Below are positions 9,861 through 19,953 of a DNA stretch of 64,000 nt, piece after piece. Origin of the DNA: Phycisphaerales bacterium (lineage in GTDB: Bacteria; Planctomycetota; Phycisphaerae; Phycisphaerales; SM1A02); assembly GCA_046350455.1 (NCBI GenBank), contig JAXMAM010000001.1:57130-121129 (forward strand), given 5' to 3'. The notes beneath the pieces were generated by a model. It had not been told where the DNA came from, made no database searches, and saw only the letters and a list, made by a program, of their open reading frames with translations. The position numbers and the translations under genes were made by a program. The first letter of the stretch is position 1. The number at the start of each line of letters is the position of its first letter.

Positions 9861-10375
9861 TCAGCGCAGCACCAGCTTCACAGTCTCCCTGGCGCCGCAC
9901 CGAGGCGTTTCAGCCGACCAGCCCCGTGACAGCTCTGCAAAGCCGTTTTTCTTCAGCACCCGCAGCGAGGGAAGGTTGGTAGCAGCGGTGGTTGCAAAGA
10001 GCGGGCGTTTGGTGAATTCCGCAAGCATGAGCGCCACGGCGCGCGTGGCGATGCCGCGGCCCCAGTGCTCCGGTGCGATGACGTAGCCAATGGAGTCCTC
10101 TTCCTCCTGCGGTGAGATGTTCACAGCGCCCACCACGACGCCACCCTCCAGGATGACGCGTGGCATCACGCGCGTGGCAGTGCCGTCCTGGTCTGCCAGG
10201 ATCTCCGCCCAACGGGCTTGGAACGCTGGCCAGTCGCGGGGTTTGGTGCCGGCCAGAGCGTTGCACCGCTCGTCCTGCTCAAGCGCAAAGAGCGTGGGCA
10301 CATCCGCCTCCTGCGTGCGGCGCAGCACGATGAGATCCGCCTGATGACCAGGAGCGCTCAACGCGCGGCGCTCCT
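9861..10375 (-). CDS. GNAT family N-acetyltransferase
   Basis: VGAVNISPQEEEDSIGYVIAPEHWGRGIATRAVALMLAEF... is an acetyl-CoA binding motif (Q/RxxGxG/A). No ATG is present; a probable TTG start lies near 10375. The long N-terminal part of the listed ORF is shadow. Confidence 0.5.
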
Positions 10376-11614
10376 TGACCGCGCGGCGCTCCCTGAGCGC
10401 GTGGTTGCACCTGCCGTGCCCACCGAACGCACCGTCCACTGAAGCGCCAGACCAAGCTGCGCGGCCAGGCGCTCTGCAGCGGCGCGTGCGTGCCGGGCTG
10501 ACTGGCGGCGTGGTTCGGATGGCTCGGCCCACGCGCGGTCCACGCGCAGCACGCCGCGCTCTCGGTCGCTGCTGAGGTCCAGCCGGCACACCAGGCGGTC
10601 GCACACCAGCACGGGCATGGTGTAGTAGCCGTACAGCCGCTTGCGGGCGGGCACGAACGCCTCGAACCGGTAGTCGAACCCAAAGAGCTCCAGCAGGCGG
10701 GTGCGGTCGCGGATGAGCGGGTCGAAGGGCGACAGAAGGCGGGGCGCTGCGGCCGCACGCGCGCTTGCTGCGGCAGCGGCAGCCGCACGGGCCTTCCAGT
10801 CGGGCAGTGCAAATCCAGGGCGCGGAGCCCGCCCGCGGCGCTCCAGCAGCACTGGCTGAATCCGCCCTGCGCGCGCAGCGTTCCGGCACCACGCCTGGGC
10901 GTCTGCCAGGCCGATGGCGTTCAGGAACGCAGCGATCTCTTTGGCAGTAGCGGCGCCAAGCCGGTCCAACGCCGCGGTGCACGCCCACTCCACGTGCGCC
11001 TCATGGTCTGGGCGTGGTGGATGCTCGCCATGCACGCGCGCGGCAAGGTCGTACACTTTCTCAAAGTTGCGGCGCGAATGGATGGCCACCTCGCCGGTCC
11101 GCCAGAGAAACTCCAGCGCAGCCTTGTGCGGCGACCAATCCCACCAGCCTGTGGAGCGCGGGCGCTCCGACGGCAGGAGGTCGTGCACCTGACGAACGGT
11201 GAGCGGGCCAGAGGCTTCCAGCGCCCCTCGCACCGCCTGCATGCGCAGCTTCCAGTCTGGTCCCAGGCGTTGGCGCATCCATGCGTTCTTCAGATACCGC
11301 GCGCGGCTGCGTTCAAAGCGGTGAAGCCACCAAGGCAGCCAGTCTGCGCGGATGAGGCTGGCGTCGTGCGTCCAGTGCTCAAAGAGAGAGCGCTTGATCT
11401 CGGCGTGGTGCGCCAGCTGCTGCGGTCTGTAGCCGTCCAGTCTGGCGTGCATGATGAGGTGGTGCGCACGCTCCACCGCAGTGATGCTGTCCAGCTGGAT
11501 GAAGCCCAGCGCCCGGACCACGGACATTACGCGGGCGCTTGTGGCATTGACAGGCTTTGCATGGAGCGCGCAGCCAGCCAGCAGCAGGTGCTGCGCCGCA
11601 CGCACAGGAATCAT
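10358..11614 (-). CDS. winged-helix DNA glycosylase YcaQ-like (DUF1006) protein
   Basis: About 418 aa with characteristic blocks (SVVRALGFIQLDSI, LFEHWTHDASL, YGYYTMPVLVCDRLVCRLDL). Family call is from memory. Confidence 0.5.
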   Translation of the reverse strand: MIPVRAAQHLLLAGCALHAKPVNATSARVMSVVRALGFIQLDSITAVERAHHLIMHARLDGYRPQQLAHHAEIKRSLFEHWTHDASLIRADWLPWWLHRFERSRARYLKNAWMRQRLGPDWKLRMQAVRGALEASGPLTVRQVHDLLPSERPRSTGWWDWSPHKAALEFLWRTGEVAIHSRRNFEKVYDLAARVHGEHPPRPDHEAHVEWACTAALDRLGAATAKEIAAFLNAIGLADAQAWCRNAARAGRIQPVLLERRGRAPRPGFALPDWKARAAAAAAASARAAAAPRLLSPFDPLIRDRTRLLELFGFDYRFEAFVPARKRLYGYYTMPVLVCDRLVCRLDLSSDRERGVLRVDRAWAEPSEPRRQSARHARAAAERLAAQLGLALQWTVRSVGTAGATTRSGSAARSRSAAR

Positions 11615-11768
11615 GGTGGGAGTGCTGGCTGGCACGGCGACTTTCAGAAATCTGCTCGACCTAGAAACAGCCCAAAAAGTGCGTGGAACAAGTGCACCAG
11701 ACTCGTACGATATCGGGGTCGCCTGTGATCGGCACGGGCTTCGTGGGTGTCTTCAAGGAGTTCGTTCC

Positions 11769-12920
11769 ATGGTTCAGGTGTCGTTCCGCGGTGGTGTGGG
11801 TGCGGCTGTTGCCAGCATGCTGGTGATGTGCTCCTCGGCTTTCTCACTGGGCAATTCAACCTGCTTCTGCGCTGGTGACTATGACCAGTCCGGCACGGTG
11901 GATGGTTCTGACCTGGGTGTTCTCCTGGGCCAGTGGGGCAATTTCACTTCCACCTATGACCTGAACGGCGACAACTTTGTGGATGGCACCGACCTGGGCA
12001 TCCTGCTCTCCTACTGGGGCGCCTGCGAATCCATCGCCAACGATGTGTGCGCCAACGCGCAGCTGATTGACCTTGACGGGATCACTGAGTTCTGCAGCAC
12101 CCACGCAAACACGGAAGGTCCGGCCGTCTCGCCCGCTCTGTGCGACGGCTTGTCCACCATCTACAACGATCTGTGGTTCCAGGTGGATGTTCAGAGCGCC
12201 GGCTACCTCACAGTGAGCACCTGCGCTGGCGTGACCAACTGGGATCCTGTCATCGCTGTCTATGGTTCCACGTTGCCCGACATCTCGCCGTGCCCCACAA
12301 GCGGCTTCAGCCTTGCGCCGCTGGTGGCGTGCAACGACGACAACGTCAACACGCTTGGCTGCACCCAGCTTCAACCCTTCATTGGAATGTCCGTCGCGGG
12401 CGGCAAGTCCTACAAGATCCGCGTGGGTGGGCACGGCCCCGGGGACAGCGGCGCGGGAGCGCTCCGGCTGCAGTATTCCCAGTACGGCGCCACCTGCACG
12501 TTTCCGGTCAATGCCCCCAACAATCAGGCCGTCGTGGAGGTCTTTGGCACGACGGTGGACAACGATGTGACATCCTTGCCCTCCAACTGTTTTGGCGGCC
12601 AGCCGCAGGGACCCGCCGAGTGGATCCGGTACACGCCCACCTGCACGGGCACGCTGGTGATCACCACCTGCCACCCAGCGACGGACTTTGACACGGTGCT
12701 CAACGTGATGAAGTACACCAACGGCGGCTTTGGCTGCCCCAACTTCCTGCTGGGCTGCAACGATGATTCAGCCGCGCCGAACTGCCAGATTGATGGCTTC
12801 AACCGGCGTTCGCGCGTGGAAGTCAGCGTGACTGCCGGCGAAGACATCTACATCGTCGTTTCCGGCTACAGCGGCGCCAGCGGCAACTACGGCGTGGTGA
12901 TCACGCGTGTCTGCAACTGA
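11769..12920 (+). CDS. secreted protein with N-terminal dockerin-type repeat pair and two PPC-like domains
   Basis: Start MVQVSFRGG, then a signal-like stretch. DYDQSGTVDGSDLGVLLGQWG / DLNGDNFVDGTDLGILLSYWG. DLWFQVDVQSAGYLTVSTC...KIRVGGHG and a second PPC-like block. Confidence 0.6.
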   Translation: MVQVSFRGGVGAAVASMLVMCSSAFSLGNSTCFCAGDYDQSGTVDGSDLGVLLGQWGNFTSTYDLNGDNFVDGTDLGILLSYWGACESIANDVCANAQLIDLDGITEFCSTHANTEGPAVSPALCDGLSTIYNDLWFQVDVQSAGYLTVSTCAGVTNWDPVIAVYGSTLPDISPCPTSGFSLAPLVACNDDNVNTLGCTQLQPFIGMSVAGGKSYKIRVGGHGPGDSGAGALRLQYSQYGATCTFPVNAPNNQAVVEVFGTTVDNDVTSLPSNCFGGQPQGPAEWIRYTPTCTGTLVITTCHPATDFDTVLNVMKYTNGGFGCPNFLLGCNDDSAAPNCQIDGFNRRSRVEVSVTAGEDIYIVVSGYSGASGNYGVVITRVCN

Positions 12921-13000
12921 AGTCGCGGCGGGGCTGGCTCACCGCCCTTTGTGCTCTCGTGGCCTGGTGCCCCAGGCAGAATCAAACCTCGGAGTTCCCA

Positions 13001-13639
13001 ATGAATCGCTCACATCCACACCTTCGCTGCCTGGTTCCGGGCCTGTTGCCTGCCTTGTCTCTGGCTGCCGCTGCGCACGCCACGGTGATTGACTTTGAAG
13101 ATCTTCCGCACTCGGGCGGCGCCATCTTGCCGGTGGCAGGCGACCACTACGCGTCCAGCGGCTTGTACATCAGCTCGGGCACCATTCCTGGCCTGCCGCA
13201 GGTGGGAGATGTGTTCACCATGACCGACATGGTGAACGAGTTCGCCTACGTGAGCAATTCCAGCAGCGTGTCAAGCCCCAACCTTGCGGGCGCGCGCGAT
13301 CTTGGATTGCAGGATTCGCTCTTCTCCTTCTCCACGCCGGTCAGCAGCTTTTCACTGACGTCCGACAGCGTGTCCGACGGGCCCACCTTCCGCCTCCTGG
13401 CTTTGGAGGCCACTGGCGAGCCCAACACCTTCCGCGTGCTGGCGGTGGATGAGGCTGAGTCTGGCTACCAGGATCACTTGGGCTTCACCATCGCTGGGGG
13501 ATTCTCGTTTGTGGCGTTCCAGGTGACCACCGAGCAGGAGGGCTACGACAACCTGGAGTTCACCTTTGTGCCAGGCCCAGGTGCGCTGGCCCTGCTGGCG
13601 GCGGGCGCGCTGGGCATGTCGCGCCGTCAGCGGGTGTGA
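13001..13639 (+). CDS. PEP-CTERM-type sorted secreted protein (VPGPG variant)
   Basis: Signal peptide MNRSHPHLRCLVPGLLPALSLAAAAHA. C-terminus FVPGPGALALLAAGALGMSRRQRV. Confidence 0.6.
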   Translation: MNRSHPHLRCLVPGLLPALSLAAAAHATVIDFEDLPHSGGAILPVAGDHYASSGLYISSGTIPGLPQVGDVFTMTDMVNEFAYVSNSSSVSSPNLAGARDLGLQDSLFSFSTPVSSFSLTSDSVSDGPTFRLLALEATGEPNTFRVLAVDEAESGYQDHLGFTIAGGFSFVAFQVTTEQEGYDNLEFTFVPGPGALALLAAGALGMSRRQRV

Positions 13640-15333
13640 TCGGTCCCCTTGGAAATGCCTGACCACCAGGCGTCCAGCGGCACGGCCTTGAGCGCGTCGC
13701 GCACGTCCTTGGCTGGGCGGTCTGCCACCACAAGCTCTGCAAGCGCCTGCGCCTGCGGGGTAATCTGGTCCAGATGGAAGGGCGCCACCAGCACTGCCGC
13801 CTCGGGTGTGCTCCAGGAGACCGGACGCCCCGAGTTGTGCGCATAGGCGTACTCCGCGGTGAGCGCCGCCAGCACGCGCTGGGCATCGGTCAGGCCTGCG
13901 AGCCACTGGCTTGATTCGGTCCGGTCCAGTTCGCGGCCCTCGTCCTGGTCGTCTGTAAAGGTGAAGCCGCAGCACCGCTGAATGCCTGCCAGCGTCTCAG
14001 TTGCCAGCGCGAAGGTCCTCGCGTCTGGGTCCAGCACGAACGCCGCCATGTCCGATCCAATGCCGTGCTCCTCCTTGCAGTGGCGGATCACAGCCTTGGT
14101 CAACGAGGCAAGCTGGAGCGCGCGCGCGTTGTCGCCGGCCGCGCGCCGCTCTGCTGCGCGGTCCTGCAGCCACCGGCCCACCACCACACGCTCCAGTCCA
14201 TCGGGCCAGACGATGTGTGCACAGCACGCGTCGCAGCGTGCGGCAAGGGCGCTGAAGCGCTGCGTACTTGCCGCCAGCTCCGCAGCCCGCAGCGCAGCCT
14301 CCATGCTCTCCGGCCGCGCGGGATCGGCCGCGGAGATCAAGCGCGCGGCGTTGCGATAGCGATACAGTCCGTTCGTCAGGCGCTCGCGGGCCTCTGCATG
14401 CTGGTCATGGCGGGAGAGAACCTCCAGGTTCTCCAGAACAGGGCTGCATACGGCGGACACACGTTCGCACATGGAGGCCGCCTGCCTCAGCTGGGACGCA
14501 AGATGCGCACCCCATGCGCCGCACCCTTGTCTGCTGGCCGCTTTCCCAGCAAAATCTCGCATCGCCGCCACCGCCTCTGCGGCGCTGGTGCTTCTAGCCA
14601 CGGCAGCGCGGCCCTCCTTCAGCAGCTGCTGTGCGCAATCAGCAATCGCTGCATCTGACCGCTGCGTGACGATCTCCAGCTCTGTGGCTCCAAGTTCCTC
14701 TGCTAGCTGCGCGGTGGGCTCGGCGGACTGCAGGAGGTGCTCATGGCGCGTGAAGCACTGCGCCAGGATTCCAAGCGAGTCTGGACGTGCCAGCGGCTGA
14801 ATGGCCGCATGCAGGCGCGCTGCCTGCTCTGGGTTGAGTGCGCCGCATTCCATCAGCTCCTGGGTGATCCGCAGTGCATTGAGGGTGCAGCGCGTGAACA
14901 GCGCCCCACTGATGTGGCATGGGCCAGATGCCGCCGCCGTGGCCTTGGAGGCGCGCGCCAGAGATGCAACGGCTGCAACCGCGTCGTCCGGGCTTCCGTC
15001 TGCCAACCGCGAGAACGCCGAGGCGGTGATGGCAAACACACCCTGCGAGGCTTGGTTGTACGTGGCTTGTTCCAGTGCAGTGGTGCGCTCCAGCGCTCGC
15101 ATGGCATCCCGGGCGGCCGCAAAGCCCTTTGACAACCTGCGCTGGTCGCTGCTCAGGACCGCGCTGGGGCAGTCCAGCACCTGATACATCACCGTGCGCG
15201 CGTCTGGTCCAACAACGCGATCAAACTGCTCAAGCTTGTCCTGGAGCGCTGCGGCCGCAGGGCGCTGGTCCTGCGGGTTGGCTGCCCCGCAGGCCAGCAT
15301 GGCAAGCGCCCACGCTGTGGCCAGCCGCATCAT
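13627..15333 (-). CDS. hypothetical secreted alpha-helical protein (about 568 aa)
   Basis: Signal peptide MMRLATAWALAMLACGAANPQ, many Cys, no recognisable domain. Converges on and overlaps the 3' end of the 13001 gene by 13 nt. Confidence 0.45.
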   Translation of the reverse strand: MMRLATAWALAMLACGAANPQDQRPAAAALQDKLEQFDRVVGPDARTVMYQVLDCPSAVLSSDQRRLSKGFAAARDAMRALERTTALEQATYNQASQGVFAITASAFSRLADGSPDDAVAAVASLARASKATAAASGPCHISGALFTRCTLNALRITQELMECGALNPEQAARLHAAIQPLARPDSLGILAQCFTRHEHLLQSAEPTAQLAEELGATELEIVTQRSDAAIADCAQQLLKEGRAAVARSTSAAEAVAAMRDFAGKAASRQGCGAWGAHLASQLRQAASMCERVSAVCSPVLENLEVLSRHDQHAEARERLTNGLYRYRNAARLISAADPARPESMEAALRAAELAASTQRFSALAARCDACCAHIVWPDGLERVVVGRWLQDRAAERRAAGDNARALQLASLTKAVIRHCKEEHGIGSDMAAFVLDPDARTFALATETLAGIQRCCGFTFTDDQDEGRELDRTESSQWLAGLTDAQRVLAALTAEYAYAHNSGRPVSWSTPEAAVLVAPFHLDQITPQAQALAELVVADRPAKDVRDALKAVPLDAWWSGISKGTDHTR

Positions 15334-15433
15334 GGCAGGAGCATAGGGCAGTAGGACGCTGGGCTCCGCCGCAAGCGGCCGTGCGCGAGCGTGCGCATGG
15401 CCTTGCACACCAGGGAGGAACCCGGCCAGACTT

Positions 15434-16935
15434 TCAGGGCTTGCTAGCCAGTTGATCCCACTCAGGTCCGAACGCAAAGGCGTAGTTCTTCCAGCGCCCG
15501 ATGGATGCGCGGTTGATGCTGCGCCGCACCTGCTGCGAGCTCAGCGTGAGCACGGCACGCTGGTTCTCTTCCGGCGCAAGCACGGCGGGCTCAAACTCCA
15601 GTCCAAGATGCTCCAGCATGCGGCGCGCCTGGCCCGCTGGGTCATCCACCAGCTCTTCATACTGCACCTTCAGCGCGCGCAGCCGAAGCGCTTGGACCGC
15701 CTCTGGCACCAGCTGGCGCTCCATGATGGTGCACCGCCGAATGGCCTCCAGGCTGGAAGTGAACGCCCACTGCGTGGCGTGGAACGCCGAGAGGTACATG
15801 CTGATGGCGCGGTCGCGCGGGTCACGCTCCACGTGGAGGTACCGCGCGTCTGGCAGCACCGCGGCCAGCCACGGCAGATAGCGCCACGGATACAGCGACT
15901 TGTCCAGCGTCCAGGACGTGCCCGGCCGAGAAGGGCGCCAGCCTCTGCCTGATACTCCGCGCGGATCCGCGCAGCATCCGATGGAAGCAGGCCGGACAGG
16001 TTCTCAAGGCCAAAACCCAGCGCAGCCACGCTCTGGCGTACGCGCACCACACCCTCATACTCACCAATGCCAGCAATCTGCGAGTGGCGGTCCAGCATCT
16101 GCTCCACCAGCGTGGTGCCGCTGCGGGGCAGGGCCAGCATGAAGGCCGTTTGGCGCGGGGCGGCCGCTGCGGCGTCGCGTTGCATGCGCTCGCGTGCTGC
16201 GTGGGAGGCAGCGGCCTGCAGGTATGCGCGCTGGCGCGTCAGCTCTGCCTGCATGGGCCCCAGATCAAATGGACCAGTGGTGTCTTTGTGCACCGTTGTG
16301 GCCAGATTGAACGCCTCCTGGTACCGGCCCTCTGCATCCAGGCGCTGCACAGCCGCAAAGCCAGCGGTACGGCGGATGGCGGGCGTGCGGCCAGACTTGG
16401 CCACCTTGAGCAGCAGGTCCAGCCCGGCCTGCGTGCTCTCACGGCTCACACGGCGCGCTTCAAAGAGCACCGCGCGCTCATCCTGCAGCCACGGACCTCC
16501 GGCGTGCAGGTGCTCGTCCAGCTCCTGCGTGCGCCCGGCCTGCTCCAGCACGTAGGCCAGCGCGCGGGCAGCGTCGGATGACAGCACGCTCTTGGAGTCC
16601 ACCAACTTGCGCAACCTTGCGATGGCCTCCTGCGTGAGGCCGGTGTTGTGCTCGCTGAGCGCCATGATGAGCTGGATGGGCTGATCCGCAGGCGCAGCTT
16701 TCAGGAGGCGCGAAGCCGCCTGGCGGGCCTCGCCAAAGAGGCCGAACGCAAACGCTGCACGTGCCAGGCAGGACCACGCGTTCAGATCATTGATCTGCCG
16801 CCGGGTGGCGGCGCGGCTCAGCGCGAGCGCTTCGCCATGCTTGCCCTGTGAAAGCAGCGCATCAATCTCGCGCGGGTTGAAAGGCGCATGCCTGGAAGCC
16901 ATGGGAGGCGGATGGTAGTCGGCGAGCGGGGCCAA
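15434..16935 (-). pseudogene. TPR-repeat / sulfotransferase-domain protein interrupted by a frameshift near 15900
   Basis: N-terminal TPR-like repeats. 5'-PSB motif LPRSGTTLVEQMLD in ORF 15670-16935. 3'-PB motif YLHVERDPRD only in the separate frame of ORF 15434-15859. Tandem 7-bp tgtccag/cgtccag sits at the junction. Confidence 0.45.
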
Positions 16936-16948
16936 CTAGAATGAGCCC

Positions 16949-17335
16949 ATGCAACGCAACGTGCTCACCACAGATGATCTGGTGTTTGTGGGTTTCAATG
17001 GCAAGGTGTTCGCGGTGAATTTGCACACGGGCGACCGCGTGTGGCGGTGGCAGGCGCCGAGCGGCTCACGAGGCGTGCCCATGATTCTGCCACTGGGCGA
17101 ACGGCTCATCGTCAGCATCAACGGCTACACGTGGTCGCTGGACATGGCCTCTGGAGCGGAGCAGTGGTACCAGCCGTTCAGTGGCGAAGGCACGGGCATT
17201 GCAGCGCTGGCCTCAAAGAGCAGCAGCGGCTTCGGCACGCCCGCTGCAGCGCAAGCCGCTGCACAGGCTGCAGCGCAGGCTGCCGCAGCCGCGGTGGTGG
17301 CGAGCAGTGCGGCTGCTTCAGCGGCAAGCAGCTAG
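16949..17335 (+). CDS. small protein with a PQQ-like beta-propeller repeat and Ala-rich tail
   Basis: VFVGFNGKVFAVNLHTGDRVWRWQ resembles a PQQ repeat. Good GC3. 128 aa. Confidence 0.35.
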   Translation: MQRNVLTTDDLVFVGFNGKVFAVNLHTGDRVWRWQAPSGSRGVPMILPLGERLIVSINGYTWSLDMASGAEQWYQPFSGEGTGIAALASKSSSGFGTPAAAQAAAQAAAQAAAAAVVASSAAASAASS

Positions 17336-18000
17336 CGCGCGGATTGGTTCACGGCAAAGCCGGCAGGTGCAGCGCGCCACTCCTCGCGCAGCATGCCAAA
17401 GACCAGCGTGTCGTCCCAGCCGTGGCCGGGCACCCAGCGCTCCTTGCGCAGAGTGGCTTCGTGCGCGAAGCCCAGGCGCCTGGGCACTGCGCTGGACGGA
17501 ACATTGAGCGCAGCACACCGAATGTGGATGCGCCGCAGTCCCCAACCGCCCTGGTCTTGCGGCATGAACGCCCAAGTGACCAGCGCAGCCACAGCCTCGG
17601 TGCAGAAGCCCTGCCGCCGACGGTCGGCGCGCATCCAGTAGCCGATCTCAGCCTCGTGGTAGGCGTGCACCATGCGGTGCAGGCCCGTGCCGCCCAGTGC
17701 ATCGCCTGTCATGGCATCAAAGATCGCCACCACCACGTCCTCAGGCTGGCCGTCTGCGCGCTCGCGCTTCTCCCGCTGGCGCTCGATGGCCGCGCAGCAC
17801 TGCTCCACCGTGCGGTTGTCTGTCAGGGTCCACGGAAGCCATGGCAGGAAGCTCTCTCGATCAATGGTGAGCGCGGCCAGCATGGCGGGAGCGTCTTCCA
17901 GCTGCCAATAGCACAGCGATAGTCGGCTGGTGCGGCAGCCCGTAGGCAGGGGCTGTGGCGCTGTCCACGGGGCGGGTGCGTTCGAGCCTTGCAGAGACAT
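17332..18000 (-). CDS. GNAT family N-acetyltransferase (RimJ/RimL-like)
   Basis: IGYWMRADRRRQGFCTEAVAALVTWAF (acetyl-CoA site), 222 aa. Confidence 0.55.
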   Translation of the reverse strand: MSLQGSNAPAPWTAPQPLPTGCRTSRLSLCYWQLEDAPAMLAALTIDRESFLPWLPWTLTDNRTVEQCCAAIERQREKRERADGQPEDVVVAIFDAMTGDALGGTGLHRMVHAYHEAEIGYWMRADRRRQGFCTEAVAALVTWAFMPQDQGGWGLRRIHIRCAALNVPSSAVPRRLGFAHEATLRKERWVPGHGWDDTLVFGMLREEWRAAPAGFAVNQSAR

Positions 18001-18098
18001 GTTTTGAACGATAGCCGCCGCTGGTTACGATGGCTCCGCGCAGGGCCCCTTTGCCTTGCGCGCGTTCCCACCCCTTTCTTCAAACTCTGGAGTCGTCC

Positions 18099-18722
18099 AT
18101 GCGTTTTGCAGGTTCCCGTTGTGTGGCTCTCGCCTCTCTGCTGTCCCTGGCGCCTGCGGTGCCAGCGCTGGGCAACCTCATTCAGAACGGTGACTTTGAA
18201 GCTGGCAACACTGGCTTCACGTCCGCCTTCACGTACACGTCCGCCAGCTTCTCTCCGTACGTCAATCAGTACGGCGTGGTGAACAACAGCTGGGAGTGGA
18301 CCAGCTTCTGGAACACAGTGCAGGGCGATCACACCACCGGGCAGGGGCTGTTCCTCATTGCCGACGTGGGCTCCACCAGCACCATCTGGCAGCAGACGGT
18401 CAATGTGAGCGCGGGCACCAGCTACACGCTGAGCGCGTGGCTGGCCACGTGGACCACGTTTGCTCCCGCCACCATTGGCGTGGAGATCAACGGCGAACTG
18501 GTCACTGTGTGGAATGCGCCGGGGGCTGTTGGCCCGTGGGTGCAGAACGCCGCAGTGTGGAACAGCGGTGCATCCACCACAGCCACCATCCGCTTCTTTG
18601 CCACGCAGGTCTTCCAGCCCGGCGACGATGTGGCCATCGATGACATCCAACTGGTGCCAGGCGCAGGCGTGCTGCCAGCCCTTGCATGCGGCGCCACGCT
18701 GCTGCGCCGCCGCCGGCGCTAG
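18099..18722 (+). CDS. PEP-CTERM-type sorted secreted protein (VPGAG variant)
   Basis: Signal peptide MRFAGSRCVALASLLSLAPAVPALG. C-terminus QLVPGAGVLPALACGATLLRRRRR. Confidence 0.6.
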   Translation: MRFAGSRCVALASLLSLAPAVPALGNLIQNGDFEAGNTGFTSAFTYTSASFSPYVNQYGVVNNSWEWTSFWNTVQGDHTTGQGLFLIADVGSTSTIWQQTVNVSAGTSYTLSAWLATWTTFAPATIGVEINGELVTVWNAPGAVGPWVQNAAVWNSGASTTATIRFFATQVFQPGDDVAIDDIQLVPGAGVLPALACGATLLRRRRR

Positions 18723-18831
18723 CTGCTGCGGGTGGCTCGCCAGCGCGGCTGCTTGCCGCGCTGGTGGGCGACCGACAGAGCGGTACACTGCGGGGGTCCC
18801 GTTCGTTCATCATCCTGAAGAGGTGTTCAAT

Positions 18832-19470
18832 ATGACGTTCCCGCATCGCCTTGCGTTGGTTTCTGCTGCCGCCTTGATCCTTGCTCCGGTGTCTGCCGCC
18901 AACATCCTGGTGAACGGCGGCTTTGAAGATCAGCCCAACTGGGGCATCAACGGCGATGGTGGCTACACCCGCCTGAGCGGCGGTGAAATGCCCGGCTGGG
19001 TCATCGCTGACGGCCACTCGGTGACCGTGCATCGCGAGTTTGGCTATCCGACGATCTCTGGCAACTACTCCATCAACATGGACGGCGAAGGGTTCAACGA
19101 CCACAACGCCGACTTCTATCAGGACTTCGCCACCGAGGCTGGGCACGTCTATGCGTTGGAGTACGACTGGTCCACGTGGTGGTTTGGAACGCCCGTCCTG
19201 GGTGTGCAGGTGATCAACCTGGCTGACTCCTCTCTGGTGGTGAACGACGAGCACGGTTGGGTGGAAGGCGGCGTGCACCACGAGTCCATCCAGTTTGTGG
19301 GCACAGGCGGCGCCTTCCGCCTGCGGGTGCTTGAGACCTTTGAGTCTGGCATCAACGACAACACCTTCATCGTGGACAACTTCCAGATCAATGAAGTCCC
19401 GGGTCCTGGTGTTGCTGCCGTGCTGGCTTGCACTGGCCTGATGCGCTCGCGTCGGCGGCCCGGTCGCTAG
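18832..19470 (+). CDS. PEP-CTERM-type sorted secreted protein (VPGPG variant)
   Basis: Signal peptide MTFPHRLALVSAAALILAPVSAA. C-terminus NEVPGPGVAAVLACTGLMRSRRRPGR. Confidence 0.6.
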   Translation: MTFPHRLALVSAAALILAPVSAANILVNGGFEDQPNWGINGDGGYTRLSGGEMPGWVIADGHSVTVHREFGYPTISGNYSINMDGEGFNDHNADFYQDFATEAGHVYALEYDWSTWWFGTPVLGVQVINLADSSLVVNDEHGWVEGGVHHESIQFVGTGGAFRLRVLETFESGINDNTFIVDNFQINEVPGPGVAAVLACTGLMRSRRRPGR

Positions 19471-19512
19471 CGCTGCGCACAGCAGCGGCAGGCTGGGCCA
19501 GAGAGGATTGCA

Positions 19513-19953
19513 GTGGCGACAGAGCCTCCTAAGCACCTGCCTGCACCAGTTTCCTCTGAAGGCGCACCGCATGGAGGCGCGTCCAATGTAGGCGCGCCGA
19601 TTGATAACGCGGCGCTCGCACACATGAAGCCGCGGCGCACGGCGCGTTTCCTGCTCGCCCTGGTGGTGGCGTTGGCGTCTGATCTGATCGGCATGCCGCT
19701 GGAACTGGCGCCGCCGCTGTCCATCGGGCTGGATGTTGTGACTGCGCTGGTGCTGTGGGCCATCCTGGGGCGCGGCTGGCTTCTGCTGGTGGCGCTGGTG
19801 CTGGAGGCGATTCCAGGCCTGGGGCTGGTGCCGTTCTGGACCATGGCGGTCTGCGGCATGGAGTTCATCACCGCCAGCGCCCAGGTGCGCATGAAGCAGC
19901 TGCTGGGGCGGAAGGGCGTCGCAGGAGAAGGCAGCCAGGATGACCGCGGGTGA
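19513..19953 (+). CDS. small hypothetical membrane protein
   Basis: Two TM helices (FLLALVVALASDLIG ... LVLWAILGRGWLLLVALVLEAIPGLGLVPFWTMAV). Confidence 0.35.
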   Translation: MATEPPKHLPAPVSSEGAPHGGASNVGAPIDNAALAHMKPRRTARFLLALVVALASDLIGMPLELAPPLSIGLDVVTALVLWAILGRGWLLLVALVLEAIPGLGLVPFWTMAVCGMEFITASAQVRMKQLLGRKGVAGEGSQDDRG

